Positions 35,778 through 46,623 of a stretch of DNA of 64,000 bases are shown here, in pieces. Position numbers and translations under genes: made by a program. How positions within the stretch are numbered: position 1 is the first letter of the stretch; every line of letters begins with the position of its first letter. This DNA comes from Candidatus Dormiibacterota bacterium. Lineage in GTDB: Bacteria > Chloroflexota > Dormibacteria > CF-121. The stretch lies in NCBI GenBank assembly GCA_036732165.1, contig DAINCX010000004.1, positions 4,017-68,016 of the forward strand, read 5' to 3'. The notes beneath the pieces are model-generated. The model was not told the DNA's origin, made no database searches, and saw only the letters and a program-made list of their open reading frames with translations.

Positions 35778-38597
35778 CTAGGCTGAGAGCTGCGTCTCGC
35801 CCGACGCGATCTCACTGCGCACGACGCGGTTGCGCCCGGTCCGCTTGGCGACGTAAAGGGCCTGGTCGGCGGCTTGCACCAGGGCTTCCCGAGTTTGGCC
35901 ATCCCGGGGAAACACGGCGATGCCGAGGCTGAGGGAGAGGTTTGTCACGACCCGCCCCTGGTGGAGGACCGCCTGGCTGCTGACCGCCTTGCGGATCCGT
36001 TCGGCCACGGCCATGGCCGCACGGCCATCCGCGCCACGAAGGACAAGGACGAACTCGTCGCCGCCGTAGCGGGCCACGAGGTCTTTGGGCCGGACCGCGG
36101 GAACCAGGATGTTCTTGGTGAGGTGACGGAGGACCGCGTCGCCGGCCGGGTGGCCGACGGTGTCGTTGATCGCCTTGAAATGGTCCAGGTCGCAGATGAT
36201 CAACGCCATCGGCTCCTTGGTCTTCCGGGCCCGGGCGAGCTCGCGTTCGACATAGGCCTCGAGCTCGCGGTGGTTGGCCACCCCGGTCACGGCGTCGGTG
36301 GTGGCGAGCTGCTTCGTCTGCTCGTAGGCCGCGGCGTTCTCGATCGCGATGACGGCCTGGTTGGCGAGCGTCTGCAGGACGCGGATCTCACTCCGCTCCA
36401 GACGCCTCGGCGCCCGCATGTGGATGGCCAGGACGCCGACGATCTCGCCTGCGAGGCACATCGGGACCCCGATGACGCGCTCGAGGCCGATCCGGCGCGC
36501 AGCGGCGAGCGGAGCACCGTGGTCGTCGGCAAGATCCAACTCGAGGACCTGCTCAGGACGCTCCAGCCGCTGCGTGACGAGATTACCGCTGGCCCGCACC
36601 GCCGCCAATTCCCGGCGGGTCGTGGCGCGGACGATCACGTCCGTGAATTCCTCCCGCCACGACGACTTGCGGAGGTGGATCGAGGCATAGGGCACGTCCA
36701 GGATGTCGGCCGTGGCGTGGGCGACCGCGCGCAGCAGGTTGTCCGTCCCAACCGTGACCGCGGTCAGCGCTTGCGAGATCTTTTCGAGGGCGGTGATCGC
36801 CTGGTCAAGCCGGTGGGCCTGGAGCTCAGTCTTCTTGCGGAGATCGGCGTTCTCAAGCGTGAGGGCCATCTCGGTCGCGATGGTTTGCAAGAGCTCGATA
36901 TCCTGCTGCGGCAGGATGTATCCACTTGGGACGCCCGCCACGAGGTAACCGGCGTTTCGCTCCCCGCGCAGCAGCGGAACGAGGAGGGCCTGCTGCACAT
37001 TGCCCAGCTCGGCGAAGAGCCGCAGGCTACGGCGCGAATCCTGATCGAGGGCCGTGACGACCTCAATCGTGCCCGAGGGCGCGGCCGCAAACCCCTCCGC
37101 CAGCCGCACACCGTTGAGCCGCAACAATTGGTCCGTGTACTGACCCGTGAGGCCGACCGCGGCTCGGACGTCCAGTCCGCTCCCGTCCGGGGTCCGCGCC
37201 AGCAGCAGGGCCTTTTCCAGCCCAAGCGCCTTGAGGCTGACGCTGAGGATGACCTCGGCCATCGCCTCCGGGTCACTCTCCCGACCGAGGCCCTGGCTTG
37301 TTTGATAGAGGGCGGCCATCCGGCGCATCTGCTCCCCGAGGACCCGGGTACGATCCTGGAGGTCCTCGGTCATGGCATTGAAGGCTTTCCCGAGGTCGCC
37401 CAGCTCGTCACGGCGTCGCACGCGCAAGCGCTGGCTCAGATCGCCACGGGCGACGGCCTGCGTGCCGGCGACGAGTTCCTCGATTGGCCGCGTCAGCCGG
37501 AGTGCCAGCAGGTAGCCAATCAGGAGCAGCACCAGGACGACGCCCGCGAAGAGGGCGGTCATCTGGACCGCGGAATGGTATCCGGCGTCGATGACGGCCT
37601 GCCGGGAGACGGCAACCCCCAGATAGCCCGTCGGTTTCTGCCGGAGGGAAAAGAGACTGAACTGCACTTCGTAGGGCTGACCCTGGATCGTGACGGTCTG
37701 GCGGGAGGCCCGACCCGGCGACGCCAGGTCCAGGTAGGCACGCGTATGGTCGTCGAGCACGCCCGTCTTCACGCCCGCGAGGGTCGTGGCGATCAGATGG
37801 CCGCCCGCGTCGAGCAGCAGCACCTGGGATTGGGCCTTGACCTTCATTTCCGTGAGCGCTGCACCAAGGGGCGTACGCAGGAGAACGCCGCCCACCACCT
37901 GGTCCCCGGCGACGATCGGCCCGGCGGCCCCGAGCGCGCTCGGGGGCGTCCCCTCATAGCCGATGTATTTGTCTCCCAGCGCGTCGTAGGAGCCATGCAG
38001 GACCGGGATGACGATCGGATCCAGCGAGAGATCGGCGCCGCTTTTGAACACGAGACCGGTTGGATTCGCGGCGTCCGGCTGGTCGATCTGGAAGATCGCC
38101 TTTCCGCGGATGTCGAAGATGATCAGTGTCCCGAGCCGGTTGTTGACCTCGATCGGGACCAGCAGCTGGCGCAGCGCCGCCAGGTCCCCCGTTCGGACGG
38201 CCTGGTCGACCCCCTCGGTGTTGGCGATCAGGCGAAGCGCGGCGACCTGGCGCCCCTGCAGCTTGACCGCCGCATCGAGGGCACTGTTCTGGGACTGGAC
38301 CAGCTGCTCGCCGATGCGTGCCTCGAGCGAGGTGGCCACCAGGCTGGTGGTGAGATAGGTGCCGACCAATCCCAGGATCAGCATGAGCAACAGGAACGGC
38401 AGGATGATCTGGGTCCGGATCTTCAGCGTCGGGATCGCGAGCCGCTTAGCCAACGCAGCTCCAGCTTTGCCCGGCCACCGTGTACGCCGGACTGAGGAAC
38501 ACGAGCTGATCGCTCCCGCTGTGCTGCGGGGTGAACGAGTCCGGGACCACTGCGTGCGCGGCCGTATCTCCGGCGGCGATCCGGATCGGGACCTCAA
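35778..38597 (-). CDS. membrane sensor diguanylate cyclase (extracytoplasmic sensor-HAMP-GAF-GAF-GGDEF)
   Basis: TM, about 280-aa extracytoplasmic region, second TM, HAMP, two GAF-like regions, GGDEF (RYGGDEF) with RxxD I-site context; 939 aa. The first about 50 codons overlap the upstream gene, so the true start is probably the TTG/ATG near 38390. Confidence 0.85.
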   Translation of the reverse strand: MRSRSGSPPEIRPRTQWSRTRSPRSTAGAISSCSSVRRTRWPGKAGAALAKRLAIPTLKIRTQIILPFLLLMLILGLVGTYLTTSLVATSLEARIGEQLVQSQNSALDAAVKLQGRQVAALRLIANTEGVDQAVRTGDLAALRQLLVPIEVNNRLGTLIIFDIRGKAIFQIDQPDAANPTGLVFKSGADLSLDPIVIPVLHGSYDALGDKYIGYEGTPPSALGAAGPIVAGDQVVGGVLLRTPLGAALTEMKVKAQSQVLLLDAGGHLIATTLAGVKTGVLDDHTRAYLDLASPGRASRQTVTIQGQPYEVQFSLFSLRQKPTGYLGVAVSRQAVIDAGYHSAVQMTALFAGVVLVLLLIGYLLALRLTRPIEELVAGTQAVARGDLSQRLRVRRRDELGDLGKAFNAMTEDLQDRTRVLGEQMRRMAALYQTSQGLGRESDPEAMAEVILSVSLKALGLEKALLLARTPDGSGLDVRAAVGLTGQYTDQLLRLNGVRLAEGFAAAPSGTIEVVTALDQDSRRSLRLFAELGNVQQALLVPLLRGERNAGYLVAGVPSGYILPQQDIELLQTIATEMALTLENADLRKKTELQAHRLDQAITALEKISQALTAVTVGTDNLLRAVAHATADILDVPYASIHLRKSSWREEFTDVIVRATTRRELAAVRASGNLVTQRLERPEQVLELDLADDHGAPLAAARRIGLERVIGVPMCLAGEIVGVLAIHMRAPRRLERSEIRVLQTLANQAVIAIENAAAYEQTKQLATTDAVTGVANHRELEAYVERELARARKTKEPMALIICDLDHFKAINDTVGHPAGDAVLRHLTKNILVPAVRPKDLVARYGGDEFVLVLRGADGRAAMAVAERIRKAVSSQAVLHQGRVVTNLSLSLGIAVFPRDGQTREALVQAADQALYVAKRTGRNRVVRSEIASGETQLSA

Positions 38598-39333
38598 AGG
38601 TCACGCCGGTCCGGTTCCCGTTGACGTCGTAGTGGATCCACTCATAAAATACATATCCGCCAACTCCATTGGTCGTTAAGCTGCCAGTGCTCGTCACGGT
38701 GATCTGAGAGCAACGGTTCTGGTTGCCGTTGCCATTGCCATTGTTCCGGGCTGACTTGGTTACCACCTCGCCGGCCGACGTGATGGCAAAGCGCGGCGTC
38801 GGCGCCGGGGTCGGCTTGGGCGTCGGGGCCGGCGTCGGCGTGGGCGTGGGCGCCGGGGTCGGCGTGGGCGTCGGGGCCGGCGTCGGCGTGGGTGATGGTG
38901 CCGGCGAGGGGGCCGGGCTCGGGCTCGCCGAGGTTGTCGGGATGGGCGTGGCGGATGGCGGGACCGGTCGTACCGGGCTCGTCGCCCGTGCGGTCGGCGG
39001 CGTGGCCGTGGGACGGGCTCCGGCCGGCGCGGCGCTCTGCGCGACCGCTACCGGGAGCGGCGCGATGACCAGTGCCGGGCTCAGGGCGAGGGGCTCCCCA
39101 CCTTCCAGGGCGCCGTCTCTGGCGACTTCCGCCACCACGGCGGCCTTGAGTGGCTTGGTGCGGAGGCCGGCGTCGAGGGTGAGGTCAGGACTGAGATCCG
39201 GAACCTGGACCCAGGCGAGACCATCGGTCGGCCGCAACGCGGCCAGAGCCACGAGGCCGAAGAGCAGGACGACGCCAAAGGCCAGGCCGAAAAAGCCCGC
39301 TAGGGTGCGTCGTCCGTCCCGGTAGGCGCCCAT
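38446..39333 (-). CDS. hypothetical membrane-anchored protein with Pro-Thr/Pro-Ala repeat linker and Cys-containing C-terminal domain
   Basis: N-terminal TM/signal anchor ([23 protein letters not shown]), ([10 protein letters not shown])n linker, about 110-aa C-terminal beta-rich domain with 2 Cys; 295 aa; 3' end overlaps the GGDEF gene. Confidence 0.55.
   Translation of the reverse strand: MGAYRDGRRTLAGFFGLAFGVVLLFGLVALAALRPTDGLAWVQVPDLSPDLTLDAGLRTKPLKAAVVAEVARDGALEGGEPLALSPALVIAPLPVAVAQSAAPAGARPTATPPTARATSPVRPVPPSATPIPTTSASPSPAPSPAPSPTPTPAPTPTPTPAPTPTPTPAPTPKPTPAPTPRFAITSAGEVVTKSARNNGNGNGNQNRCSQITVTSTGSLTTNGVGGYVFYEWIHYDVNGNRTGVTFEVPIRIAAGDTAAHAVVPDSFTPQHSGSDQLVFLSPAYTVAGQSWSCVG
38795..38895. 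repeat. in-frame tandem hexa/dodecanucleotide repeat (GGCGTC/GGGGCC/GGCGTG) encoding the PT/PA linker
   Basis: Visible periodic repetition of ggcgtcggggccggcgtcggcgtgggcgtgggcgcc units over about 100 nt. Confidence 0.6.
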
Positions 39334-39553
39334 CGATCCCGATGCTAGGTCGGCGAAGTTACGGCACCCGTTGCTGGCTCAGGCGGTGCGGCAGGTCAGG
39401 CAACGAATCGGTAACAGTCGCATGACGGCAGGCGCTTCGATGGGCCGCTACGTCGCGGCGAGATTGCCTTCTCGTGCGCCGGGCGTCGCCCGACGCGAGC
39501 CGCGCTTCAGTGCGCTGCGAGCGTTTGAGACGTTGACGGTGGCCCGTGCCAGC

Positions 39554-41701
39554 CTACGTCGCAGCCAAGTTTCCTTCGCGGGCCACCGTGTGGACATCCT
39601 TGATCGTCTCCAGCCGCTCCATCAGCCGGCTCAACTGGGTCAGGCTGCTGATCTCGACTGTCGTCGAGATGATCGCGGTCTTATCGTCGTAGACCTGCAC
39701 CTCGGCTCCGGTGAGGTTGATCTTGCTCTCGGCAATCACGGTCGCGATGTCGCGAAGCAGACCGGTGCGATCCCAGGCCTCGATCTTGATCGCCACCGGG
39801 TACAACTGCCGGCTGCCAGTGTCCCAGTCGACCTCGACCACCCGCTCGTTGACGATCACGTTCATCACGTTCTTGCAGGTCGCGCGGTGGACGCTGATCC
39901 CCTTGCCACGCGTGATGTAGCCGCTGATCGGATCCCCGGGAACCGGCCTGCAGCATTGGGCGATCTGGGTCAGCACGCCGCGTTCCCCCTTGACCCGGAT
40001 CTCGCCGGTCGGCTTGAACTGCGGAACCAGGGGGATCAGCGGGAAGTCGCCGTTGGCGCCATCGGGCTGGGTCGCGGCCAGATATTTCAGCAAGACGGAG
40101 TGCTGGCTGACATCGCCGTAGCCAATGGCGGCGTAGAAGTCGTTGAGGTCCGCGAACCGGAACTCTTTGGCCAGCTCGAGGATCCGCTCGTCTCCGATCG
40201 ACGCCAGCGCTCGCTGTTGAATCCGCCGAAACTCCTTATCGAGGAGCTCCTTGCCCTTCGTGACGTTCTCTTCCCGTCGTTCCTTCTTGAACCACGCCCG
40301 AATCTTCTGGGATGCGCCGGCGGTCTTGACGAAGGCGAGCCAGTCCCGACTCGGTCCGTGCGGCCCCTTGGAGGTGAGGACCTCGACGATATCGCCGTTC
40401 TGCAGCTGGTAATCCAGCGGCACCATACGGCTGTTCGCCTTCGCGCCGATGCAGCGGTGACCCACCTCGGTGTGGATCCGGTAGGCGAAGTCGACCGCCG
40501 TGGCGCCACTCGGCAAGGCCAGGACATCACCCTTCGGGGTAAAGACGAAGACCTCATCACGGAAGACGTCGACCTTGACCGCATCGACGAACTTCTCCGC
40601 ATCGAGGACTTCTTTCTGCCAATCCATCAGCTGGCGCAGCCAGGCAAACCGCTGATCCATCTTCCGGTCCTCTTTGCCGCCCTCCTTGTAGGTCCAGTGC
40701 GCGGCAACGCCCCATTCGGCGGTGCGATGCATCTCGACCGTCCGAATCTGGATCTCCATCGGCTCGCCGGTGTGACTGACCACCGTGGTGTGCAGGGACT
40801 GGTACCCGTTTGACTTGGGCATCGCGATGTAGTCCTTGAAGCGCCCGGGAATGGGTTTCCAGAGCGAGTGGATGATCCCCAGCGCCCCGTAGCAATCCTT
40901 GATCGAGTCGGTCAAGACGCGGATGGCGGAGAGGTCGTAGATCTCATCGAACTCCTTCCCCAGCGCCAGTTTGTTGGCAATGCTGTAGACGTGCTTGGGG
41001 CGGCCGGAGGTGTCCGCCTTGATGGCAACGGAGGTCAGTTCGCGATCCAGGATCTCCTTGATGTCATTCACGTAGGTTTCGCGCTCTTTCCGCTTGCGCG
41101 CGATTCGTTTGACGATCTCCTGGTATTCCTCGGGATGTAGTTGCGCGAACGACAGATCTTCCAGCTCCCACTTGATGTTCCACATGCCGAGGCGGTGGGC
41201 CAGCGGCGCGTAGATATCAAGGGTTTCCTGGGCCATCGCCTTCCGGCGCGCCTCCGGCAGGAAGTTGACGGTCCGCATGTTGTGGAGCCGGTCCGCCAGC
41301 TTCATCAGCACCACGCGGACGTCCTCCGCCATCGCCACCAGCATCTTGCGAACGTTTTCCGCCTGAGCTTGCTCCTGGCTGTGGAAGGAGATCTTTTCCA
41401 GCTTGGTGACGCCGGCGACCAGCTTGCCGACGGTTGGCCCGAAGCTCTGTTCCAGGTCCGCGATGGTCAGGTGGGTATCTTCGACCGTATCGTGGAGGAT
41501 CGCCGCGGCCAGGGTGTCACGATCCAGCTGGAGGTCGGCCAGGATCCCAGCCACACTGAGCGGATGCTCGATGAACTTCTCGCCGGACAGCCGGTTCTGG
41601 TCGTAGTGCGCGCTGGCGGCCGCATCGTAGGCACGCGACAATACCTCGATGTCCTGGGGCGGCAGGTAGCTGACCTTTTCTAGGAGGTCGGCGAATTGCA
41701 T
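39554..41701 (-). CDS. rel: bifunctional (p)ppGpp synthetase/hydrolase Rel (HD-RelA_SpoT-TGS-ACT)
   Basis: 715 aa; HD hydrolase motif (HDTVEDT), synthetase domain, TGS and C-terminal ACT. Confidence 0.9.
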   Translation of the reverse strand: MQFADLLEKVSYLPPQDIEVLSRAYDAAASAHYDQNRLSGEKFIEHPLSVAGILADLQLDRDTLAAAILHDTVEDTHLTIADLEQSFGPTVGKLVAGVTKLEKISFHSQEQAQAENVRKMLVAMAEDVRVVLMKLADRLHNMRTVNFLPEARRKAMAQETLDIYAPLAHRLGMWNIKWELEDLSFAQLHPEEYQEIVKRIARKRKERETYVNDIKEILDRELTSVAIKADTSGRPKHVYSIANKLALGKEFDEIYDLSAIRVLTDSIKDCYGALGIIHSLWKPIPGRFKDYIAMPKSNGYQSLHTTVVSHTGEPMEIQIRTVEMHRTAEWGVAAHWTYKEGGKEDRKMDQRFAWLRQLMDWQKEVLDAEKFVDAVKVDVFRDEVFVFTPKGDVLALPSGATAVDFAYRIHTEVGHRCIGAKANSRMVPLDYQLQNGDIVEVLTSKGPHGPSRDWLAFVKTAGASQKIRAWFKKERREENVTKGKELLDKEFRRIQQRALASIGDERILELAKEFRFADLNDFYAAIGYGDVSQHSVLLKYLAATQPDGANGDFPLIPLVPQFKPTGEIRVKGERGVLTQIAQCCRPVPGDPISGYITRGKGISVHRATCKNVMNVIVNERVVEVDWDTGSRQLYPVAIKIEAWDRTGLLRDIATVIAESKINLTGAEVQVYDDKTAIISTTVEISSLTQLSRLMERLETIKDVHTVAREGNLAAT

Positions 41702-41768
41702 GATCGGGTTCCTCGCTTCTGGATACTGAAATTATCCCCGAAGTTCGGAGCGGCCAATCAATCGCCCT

Positions 41769-43223
41769 TCAGTAGGCCTTTGCCCAGACCACCTCGGCGG
41801 TCGCCGGCCGGCCGCAGATGGCACACGGCGAGTCCGGCACGCGGGAGCCCCGGGGAATCAGGCGGGTGGTCGCCGTGGTCTCCCGCTTGACGATCGCTTC
41901 GTCCTCCGGACGTTCGCACCAGGGGGTGATGACGAAGCCGACCGATTCGGCAAAGAAGCGAACCAGCGCGGCCAGGGAATCCACGCGGACCGTATGGGCA
42001 TCCCGAAAATCCTTGGCCGCGGCCAGCATCGCCCCCTGGATCCGACCCAGCATGGCGGGGAGGACCACGGGCAGGTCACCGATGGCGACCGCCTGCTTGG
42101 CCCGGTCGAGTCGCTGGACGAGCGTCACCTCCCGCTTGGCAAGATCCCGGGGCCCAACTTCCAACCGGATTGGGACGCCCTTCAATTCCCATTCGTTGAA
42201 TTTGAACCCCGGCCGTAGGTCGCGCCAATCGACCTTGACGCGGATGTCCTCGCCGTCGAGCGCGTCCAGGACGGGCGCCAGCGCACTTTCGATCTGGGCC
42301 CGCTCGGTATCGCTGCGAAAGATGGGGATCACGATCACCTGGACCGGCGCGACCTGTGGGGGCAGCTGCAGCCCGGCTTCGTCGCCGTGCGCCATGACGA
42401 TCGCCCCCACCATGCGGGTGGACATCCCCCAGCTCGTCGAATAGGGGTGTTCCTGGGTGTTCGTGCGGCCGGTGAAAGTAAGGTCATAGGCCCGGCTGAA
42501 GTTATCGCCGAAATAGTGCGACGTGCCGGACTGGAGGGCCTTTCCATCTTTCATCATGGCCTCGATGGAGGTGGAGTACTGTGCCCCGGCGAATTTCTCG
42601 CTTTCCGACTTTCTCCCCATCAGGACCGGCATCGCGCACCAGTCCTCGGCGATCTCCCGGTAACAGTCCAGCATCGTCTCCACCTCGCGTTCCGCCTCGG
42701 CGGCCGTCTCATGAAAGGTGTGGCCCTCTTGCCAGAGGAACTCCCGCGTGCGCAGGAACAGTCGCGTGCGAAGCTCCCAGCGGAAGACGTTGTTCCACTG
42801 GTTGGTCAGCATGGGGAGGTCCCGATACGATTGGATGTAGTCGCGAAGCACGCTCGCCAGCATGGTCTCCGAGGTCGGGCGCAGTACGAGCGGCTCGTCC
42901 AGCTCCTTCCCTCCCCCATGGGTGACGGTCTGAAACTCGTGGGCAAAGCCCTCAACATGCTCGGCTTCCTTCTGGAGAAAGCTCAGCGGGATCAAGGCCG
43001 GGAAGTACCAGTTCTCGTGCCCGGTTTTCTTGATCAGGTCATCCAGGGCATTACGAACGTTCTCCCAGAGCGCGTAGCCGTACGGCCGGATCACCATGCA
43101 GCCCTTCACGGGCGAATAATCGGCCAGCTGCGCCTTTCGAACGACGTCGTTGTACCAGCCGGGGAAATCCTCGGACTGCTTGCGAATCTTGTCAACAAAT
43201 CCCGGCTTTTCTTCGTCGGCCAT
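41769..43223 (-). CDS. proS: prolyl-tRNA synthetase, archaeal/eukaryote-like short type
   Basis: 484 aa, no bacterial INS editing domain, C-terminal Zn-binding domain (CAICG..), class II motifs. Confidence 0.9.
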   Translation of the reverse strand: MADEEKPGFVDKIRKQSEDFPGWYNDVVRKAQLADYSPVKGCMVIRPYGYALWENVRNALDDLIKKTGHENWYFPALIPLSFLQKEAEHVEGFAHEFQTVTHGGGKELDEPLVLRPTSETMLASVLRDYIQSYRDLPMLTNQWNNVFRWELRTRLFLRTREFLWQEGHTFHETAAEAEREVETMLDCYREIAEDWCAMPVLMGRKSESEKFAGAQYSTSIEAMMKDGKALQSGTSHYFGDNFSRAYDLTFTGRTNTQEHPYSTSWGMSTRMVGAIVMAHGDEAGLQLPPQVAPVQVIVIPIFRSDTERAQIESALAPVLDALDGEDIRVKVDWRDLRPGFKFNEWELKGVPIRLEVGPRDLAKREVTLVQRLDRAKQAVAIGDLPVVLPAMLGRIQGAMLAAAKDFRDAHTVRVDSLAALVRFFAESVGFVITPWCERPEDEAIVKRETTATTRLIPRGSRVPDSPCAICGRPATAEVVWAKAY

Positions 43224-43269
43224 TGGCGACTGAGTATAAGTTCAGCGCGGCCGTCGGCCGAGCCGCGGA

Positions 43270-44367
43270 CTACGCGACGGCGTTCGCGGCGTCTTCCTTC
43301 GCGATGATGTCGAGTTCGCGAAGCAGGGCGGGGACCAGCTCTTTTTCCGGAAAGGTGCCGACGATCTTGCCGTGCTTGAAGAGGATGCCTTTGTTCTTGC
43401 CGCCGGCGATGCCGATGTCCGCATGCTGGCCCTCCCCAGGGCCGTTGACGACGCAACCCATGACGGAGACGTTGATCGGGCGCTTGATTTTCTTCAAGGC
43501 CTTTTCGACCTCGGCCACCATGGGCAGCATGTCGATCTCGAGGCGGCCACACATCGGGCAGGCGATCAGGTTCGGACCGGTCTGCTTCTCCGCCAGCGCG
43601 TTGATGATGCCGTAGGCCACCTCGACCTCGTCTACCGAATCACCGGCCAGCGAGACCCGGATCGTATCGCCGATGCCTTCCTCGAGAAGCACCCCGATCC
43701 CGACGGCACTCTTGACCGACCCGGTCCGTGGCGGTCCGGATTCCGTGACGCCCAGGTGCAGCGGGTATGAGATCTTGTCGGCGATCGCGCGGTTGGCCGC
43801 GATCATCGTCGGAGGATCCGAAGCCTTCATCGACACCTTGATCAGGTTGAAATCAAGGGACTCGAGGATGTGAATGTGACCAAGGGCGGCGTTGACCATC
43901 GCCTCGACGACCTCGTCGGTCGGCGGCCGCACGCCCGCGCCTTCCTTGGCCCGGCCCGGCAGCGACCCGGCATTGACGCCGATTCGGATCGGGATCTCGC
44001 GCGCTTTCGCCTGCCGGGTGATCTCTTTCACCTTGTCCGGGTCCTTGATATTGCCCGGGTTCAGGCGCAACCCGTCCACCCCGGCGGAGAGCGCCAGGAG
44101 AGCCAGCGGAGCATCGTAGTGGATGTCCGCAATGATCGGGAGGGGCGAGCCTTTCTTGATCTCGATCATGGCCTCGGCCGCTTCCTTTGTCGGCACCGCC
44201 ACCCGGACGATCTTGCAGTTGGCGTCCTTGAGCCGGCCGATCTCGTTCAGGGTCGCCTTGACGTCGCGAGTGTCCGATTTACACATCGACTGCACGACGA
44301 TTTCGGCCGCACCGCCGATCACGACGTCCCCGACGCGAACCGGGACGGACTTCCTCCGCGGTCTCAT
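43270..44367 (-). CDS. ispG: 4-hydroxy-3-methylbut-2-enyl diphosphate synthase IspG (GcpE)
   Basis: RVGDVVIGGAAEIVVQSM N-terminus, 4Fe-4S Cys ligands (CPMCGR); 365 aa. Confidence 0.9.
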   Translation of the reverse strand: MRPRRKSVPVRVGDVVIGGAAEIVVQSMCKSDTRDVKATLNEIGRLKDANCKIVRVAVPTKEAAEAMIEIKKGSPLPIIADIHYDAPLALLALSAGVDGLRLNPGNIKDPDKVKEITRQAKAREIPIRIGVNAGSLPGRAKEGAGVRPPTDEVVEAMVNAALGHIHILESLDFNLIKVSMKASDPPTMIAANRAIADKISYPLHLGVTESGPPRTGSVKSAVGIGVLLEEGIGDTIRVSLAGDSVDEVEVAYGIINALAEKQTGPNLIACPMCGRLEIDMLPMVAEVEKALKKIKRPINVSVMGCVVNGPGEGQHADIGIAGGKNKGILFKHGKIVGTFPEKELVPALLRELDIIAKEDAANAVA

Positions 44368-44371
44368 GTCC

Positions 44372-45457
44372 TCATCTCAGTACATCGTTATATGTCACAA
44401 GGGCGATCAAACCAAACAAAAGCGCCAGACCAACGTAGTGGACGACCTGTTCGCGCTGGGGATCGACGGGCCGGCCCCGAATCAGTTCGAGCACCAGAAA
44501 GGCGGCCCGGCCGCCATCGAGGGCGGGGAACGGCAGGATATTGAGCAGCCCAAGGCTCAGACTCAGAAAAGCCACGATCCCGATCAGGCTGACACCCCCA
44601 CCCTGGGCGGCCTTGGCGGTGGTCTTCACGATCCCGACTGGTCCCTCGAGCCCGCGCGGGCCAAAAAAGCCGCCGAGGCTTTTATCCGTCGCCAGCTGGT
44701 AAAGGCCGGTAAACGTTCCGACAATCGATTCGCCGGTCCGCTGGAATGAGAGCGGCGCTGCCTGGAGCGGGTTCATCTTATGGGTAATGAAGGCGGGGTG
44801 GAAACCGAGGATGTAGTTCCCTGTCGCCTGGTCGTAGCGTGGACTGACGGTCAGCGTCAGCGGCTGGCCGTTCCGGTCGACGGTCACCGTCACCGGGGCG
44901 CCCTTCGAGGCGTTCAGCGCATTGGGGAGGTCATCGAACTGGGCGATCGGGCGGCCGTCAACGGATCGAATGACGTCCCCCGAGCGCAATCCGGCACCGC
45001 TCGCCGGCGTGTTGGCATCGACGCTGCTCACATGTACCGGCGTTTGCACGTCGGAGGTTCCGATGAAGACAAAGACCCCGAAGAAGATCAGCACGGTGAG
45101 CGCCAGGTTGAAGACCGGACCCGCGACGATGACCCCGAATCGCTGCCAGAGGGGGTGGGCGTTGAAGCTCCGGTTGCCAGCGTCCATGCTGCCGTCCATG
45201 CCGGCAAGCTTGACGAACCCCCCGAGGGGGATCCCGCGGACAGCGTAGAGGGTCTCTCCCACCTGCCGTCCGACGAGGAGCGGCCCAAAGCCCACGCTGA
45301 ACTGCTCCACCTTGATCCCGGCAAGCTTGGCGGTGAGAAAGTGTCCGGACTCGTGCACGACGACGATCCCGGTGAAGATCAGGATGATCAGGATCCCGAT
45401 GAGAAGGGGACTCATGCGGGCCGCTTGCTTTCCCGCGCGTGCGCGCCGGGCCGCCAC
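44372..45457 (-). CDS. rseP: RIP site-2 metalloprotease RseP (M50 with PDZ)
   Basis: HESGHF zinc motif, PDZ domain, C-terminal LDGG motif; 361 aa. Confidence 0.85.
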   Translation of the reverse strand: MAARRARAGKQAARMSPLLIGILIILIFTGIVVVHESGHFLTAKLAGIKVEQFSVGFGPLLVGRQVGETLYAVRGIPLGGFVKLAGMDGSMDAGNRSFNAHPLWQRFGVIVAGPVFNLALTVLIFFGVFVFIGTSDVQTPVHVSSVDANTPASGAGLRSGDVIRSVDGRPIAQFDDLPNALNASKGAPVTVTVDRNGQPLTLTVSPRYDQATGNYILGFHPAFITHKMNPLQAAPLSFQRTGESIVGTFTGLYQLATDKSLGGFFGPRGLEGPVGIVKTTAKAAQGGGVSLIGIVAFLSLSLGLLNILPFPALDGGRAAFLVLELIRGRPVDPQREQVVHYVGLALLFGLIALVTYNDVLR

Positions 45458-46578
45458 TCCCGGACATAGCCGCGGGCCCAGGCATCCGCCTGCATGACGG
45501 CCTGCAGCGAGACCTCGCTGTTCCGCGGCGAGGCTGAAACCGCCGACCGCACCGCGGGAATGATGTCCACGAAGCGCAGCCGACCAGTCAGAAACAGACC
45601 GACCGCTTCTTCGTTGGCCGCGTTCAAGATCGCCGGTGCGGTCCCGCCCAACCCGGCCGCCTCGCGGGCCAGCACCACCGCCGGGTACCGGTGAGGGTCG
45701 ACCCCCTCGAACTCGAGCTGCCCGATCTCGACCAGGTCGGGCGCGACCGTGACATCCGGGAGGCGGTCGGGAAAGGCGAGGGCGATCGCGATCGGAAGAT
45801 GCATATCGGGAACGCCGAGCTGCGCCTTGATGCTCCCGTCGATGAACTGCACCATGGAGTGCACGACGCTTTGCGGATGGACCACGACCTCGATGTCATC
45901 GAAAGGCACCTCGAAGAGATAGTGCGCTTCGATGATCTCCAGCCCCTTGTTCATCATCGTGGCCGAATCGATGGTGATCTTCGGGCCCATCTTCCAGCGG
46001 GGGTGCGTGAGCGCCTCGCCGATGGTGACACTGTCGAAGGTCTCGACTGGCCGTCGCAAGAAGGGCCCACCCGATCCGGTCAAGATGAGCTTTCGCAACG
46101 CGCCTGGCTGCTCCCCCCACAAGCACTGCCAGATCGCGCTGTGCTCACTGTCGACCGGGAGGAGCTGCGAGCCATGACGTCGCATGCGTTCCCGAACCAG
46201 GTCCCCGGCCATGACCAGCACCTCTTTCGTGGCCAGCGCCAGGTCTTTGCCGGCATCGAGCGCTGCCAGGGTTGGACCCAGGGCGGCGCTGCCTGCGGCG
46301 GCCACGACCACCAGGTCGACCTCGGGATCCTGCATGGCCTCTTCGACGGCACGGGCCGCGGCGGCCTCCTCGGCCCCCTCCGGATGCGCGAGCAGGGTCT
46401 TTACGCCGGGGTGGCGGCGGGCGATGGTCTCCAGCGCGGCGGCATCGGTGCCGGCGACGGCCGTGCGTAGTTGGAAGCGCTCCGGATAGCGTGAGACCAG
46501 GTCGCACACTTGCCGCCCGATCGATCCTGTCGCCCCTAGCAGGGCAACACGCTTGGGAGAGTGGGGGGCGGATGTCAT
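45412..46578 (-). CDS. dxr: 1-deoxy-D-xylulose-5-phosphate reductoisomerase
   Basis: [18 protein letters not shown]-binding N-terminus; 388 aa. Confidence 0.9.
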   Translation of the reverse strand: MTSAPHSPKRVALLGATGSIGRQVCDLVSRYPERFQLRTAVAGTDAAALETIARRHPGVKTLLAHPEGAEEAAAARAVEEAMQDPEVDLVVVAAAGSAALGPTLAALDAGKDLALATKEVLVMAGDLVRERMRRHGSQLLPVDSEHSAIWQCLWGEQPGALRKLILTGSGGPFLRRPVETFDSVTIGEALTHPRWKMGPKITIDSATMMNKGLEIIEAHYLFEVPFDDIEVVVHPQSVVHSMVQFIDGSIKAQLGVPDMHLPIAIALAFPDRLPDVTVAPDLVEIGQLEFEGVDPHRYPAVVLAREAAGLGGTAPAILNAANEEAVGLFLTGRLRFVDIIPAVRSAVSASPRNSEVSLQAVMQADAWARGYVREWRPGAHARESKRPA

Positions 46579-46623
46579 GGGTTCAGCTGCAACGATGATT
46601 GATTCGGTCGGAATGCCGACCGG

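Noticed and set aside
38795-38895. Tandem repeat considered as a possible CRISPR or non-coding VNTR
   Set aside because: The repeat units are 6-18 nt with no spacers, strictly in-frame, and encode a PT/PA linker inside a CDS. They are not a CRISPR array.
39334-39553. c-di-GMP riboswitch upstream of the GGDEF operon
   Set aside because: I cannot recognise GEMM-I/II consensus elements by eye, so this is left as an unassigned structured intergenic region.
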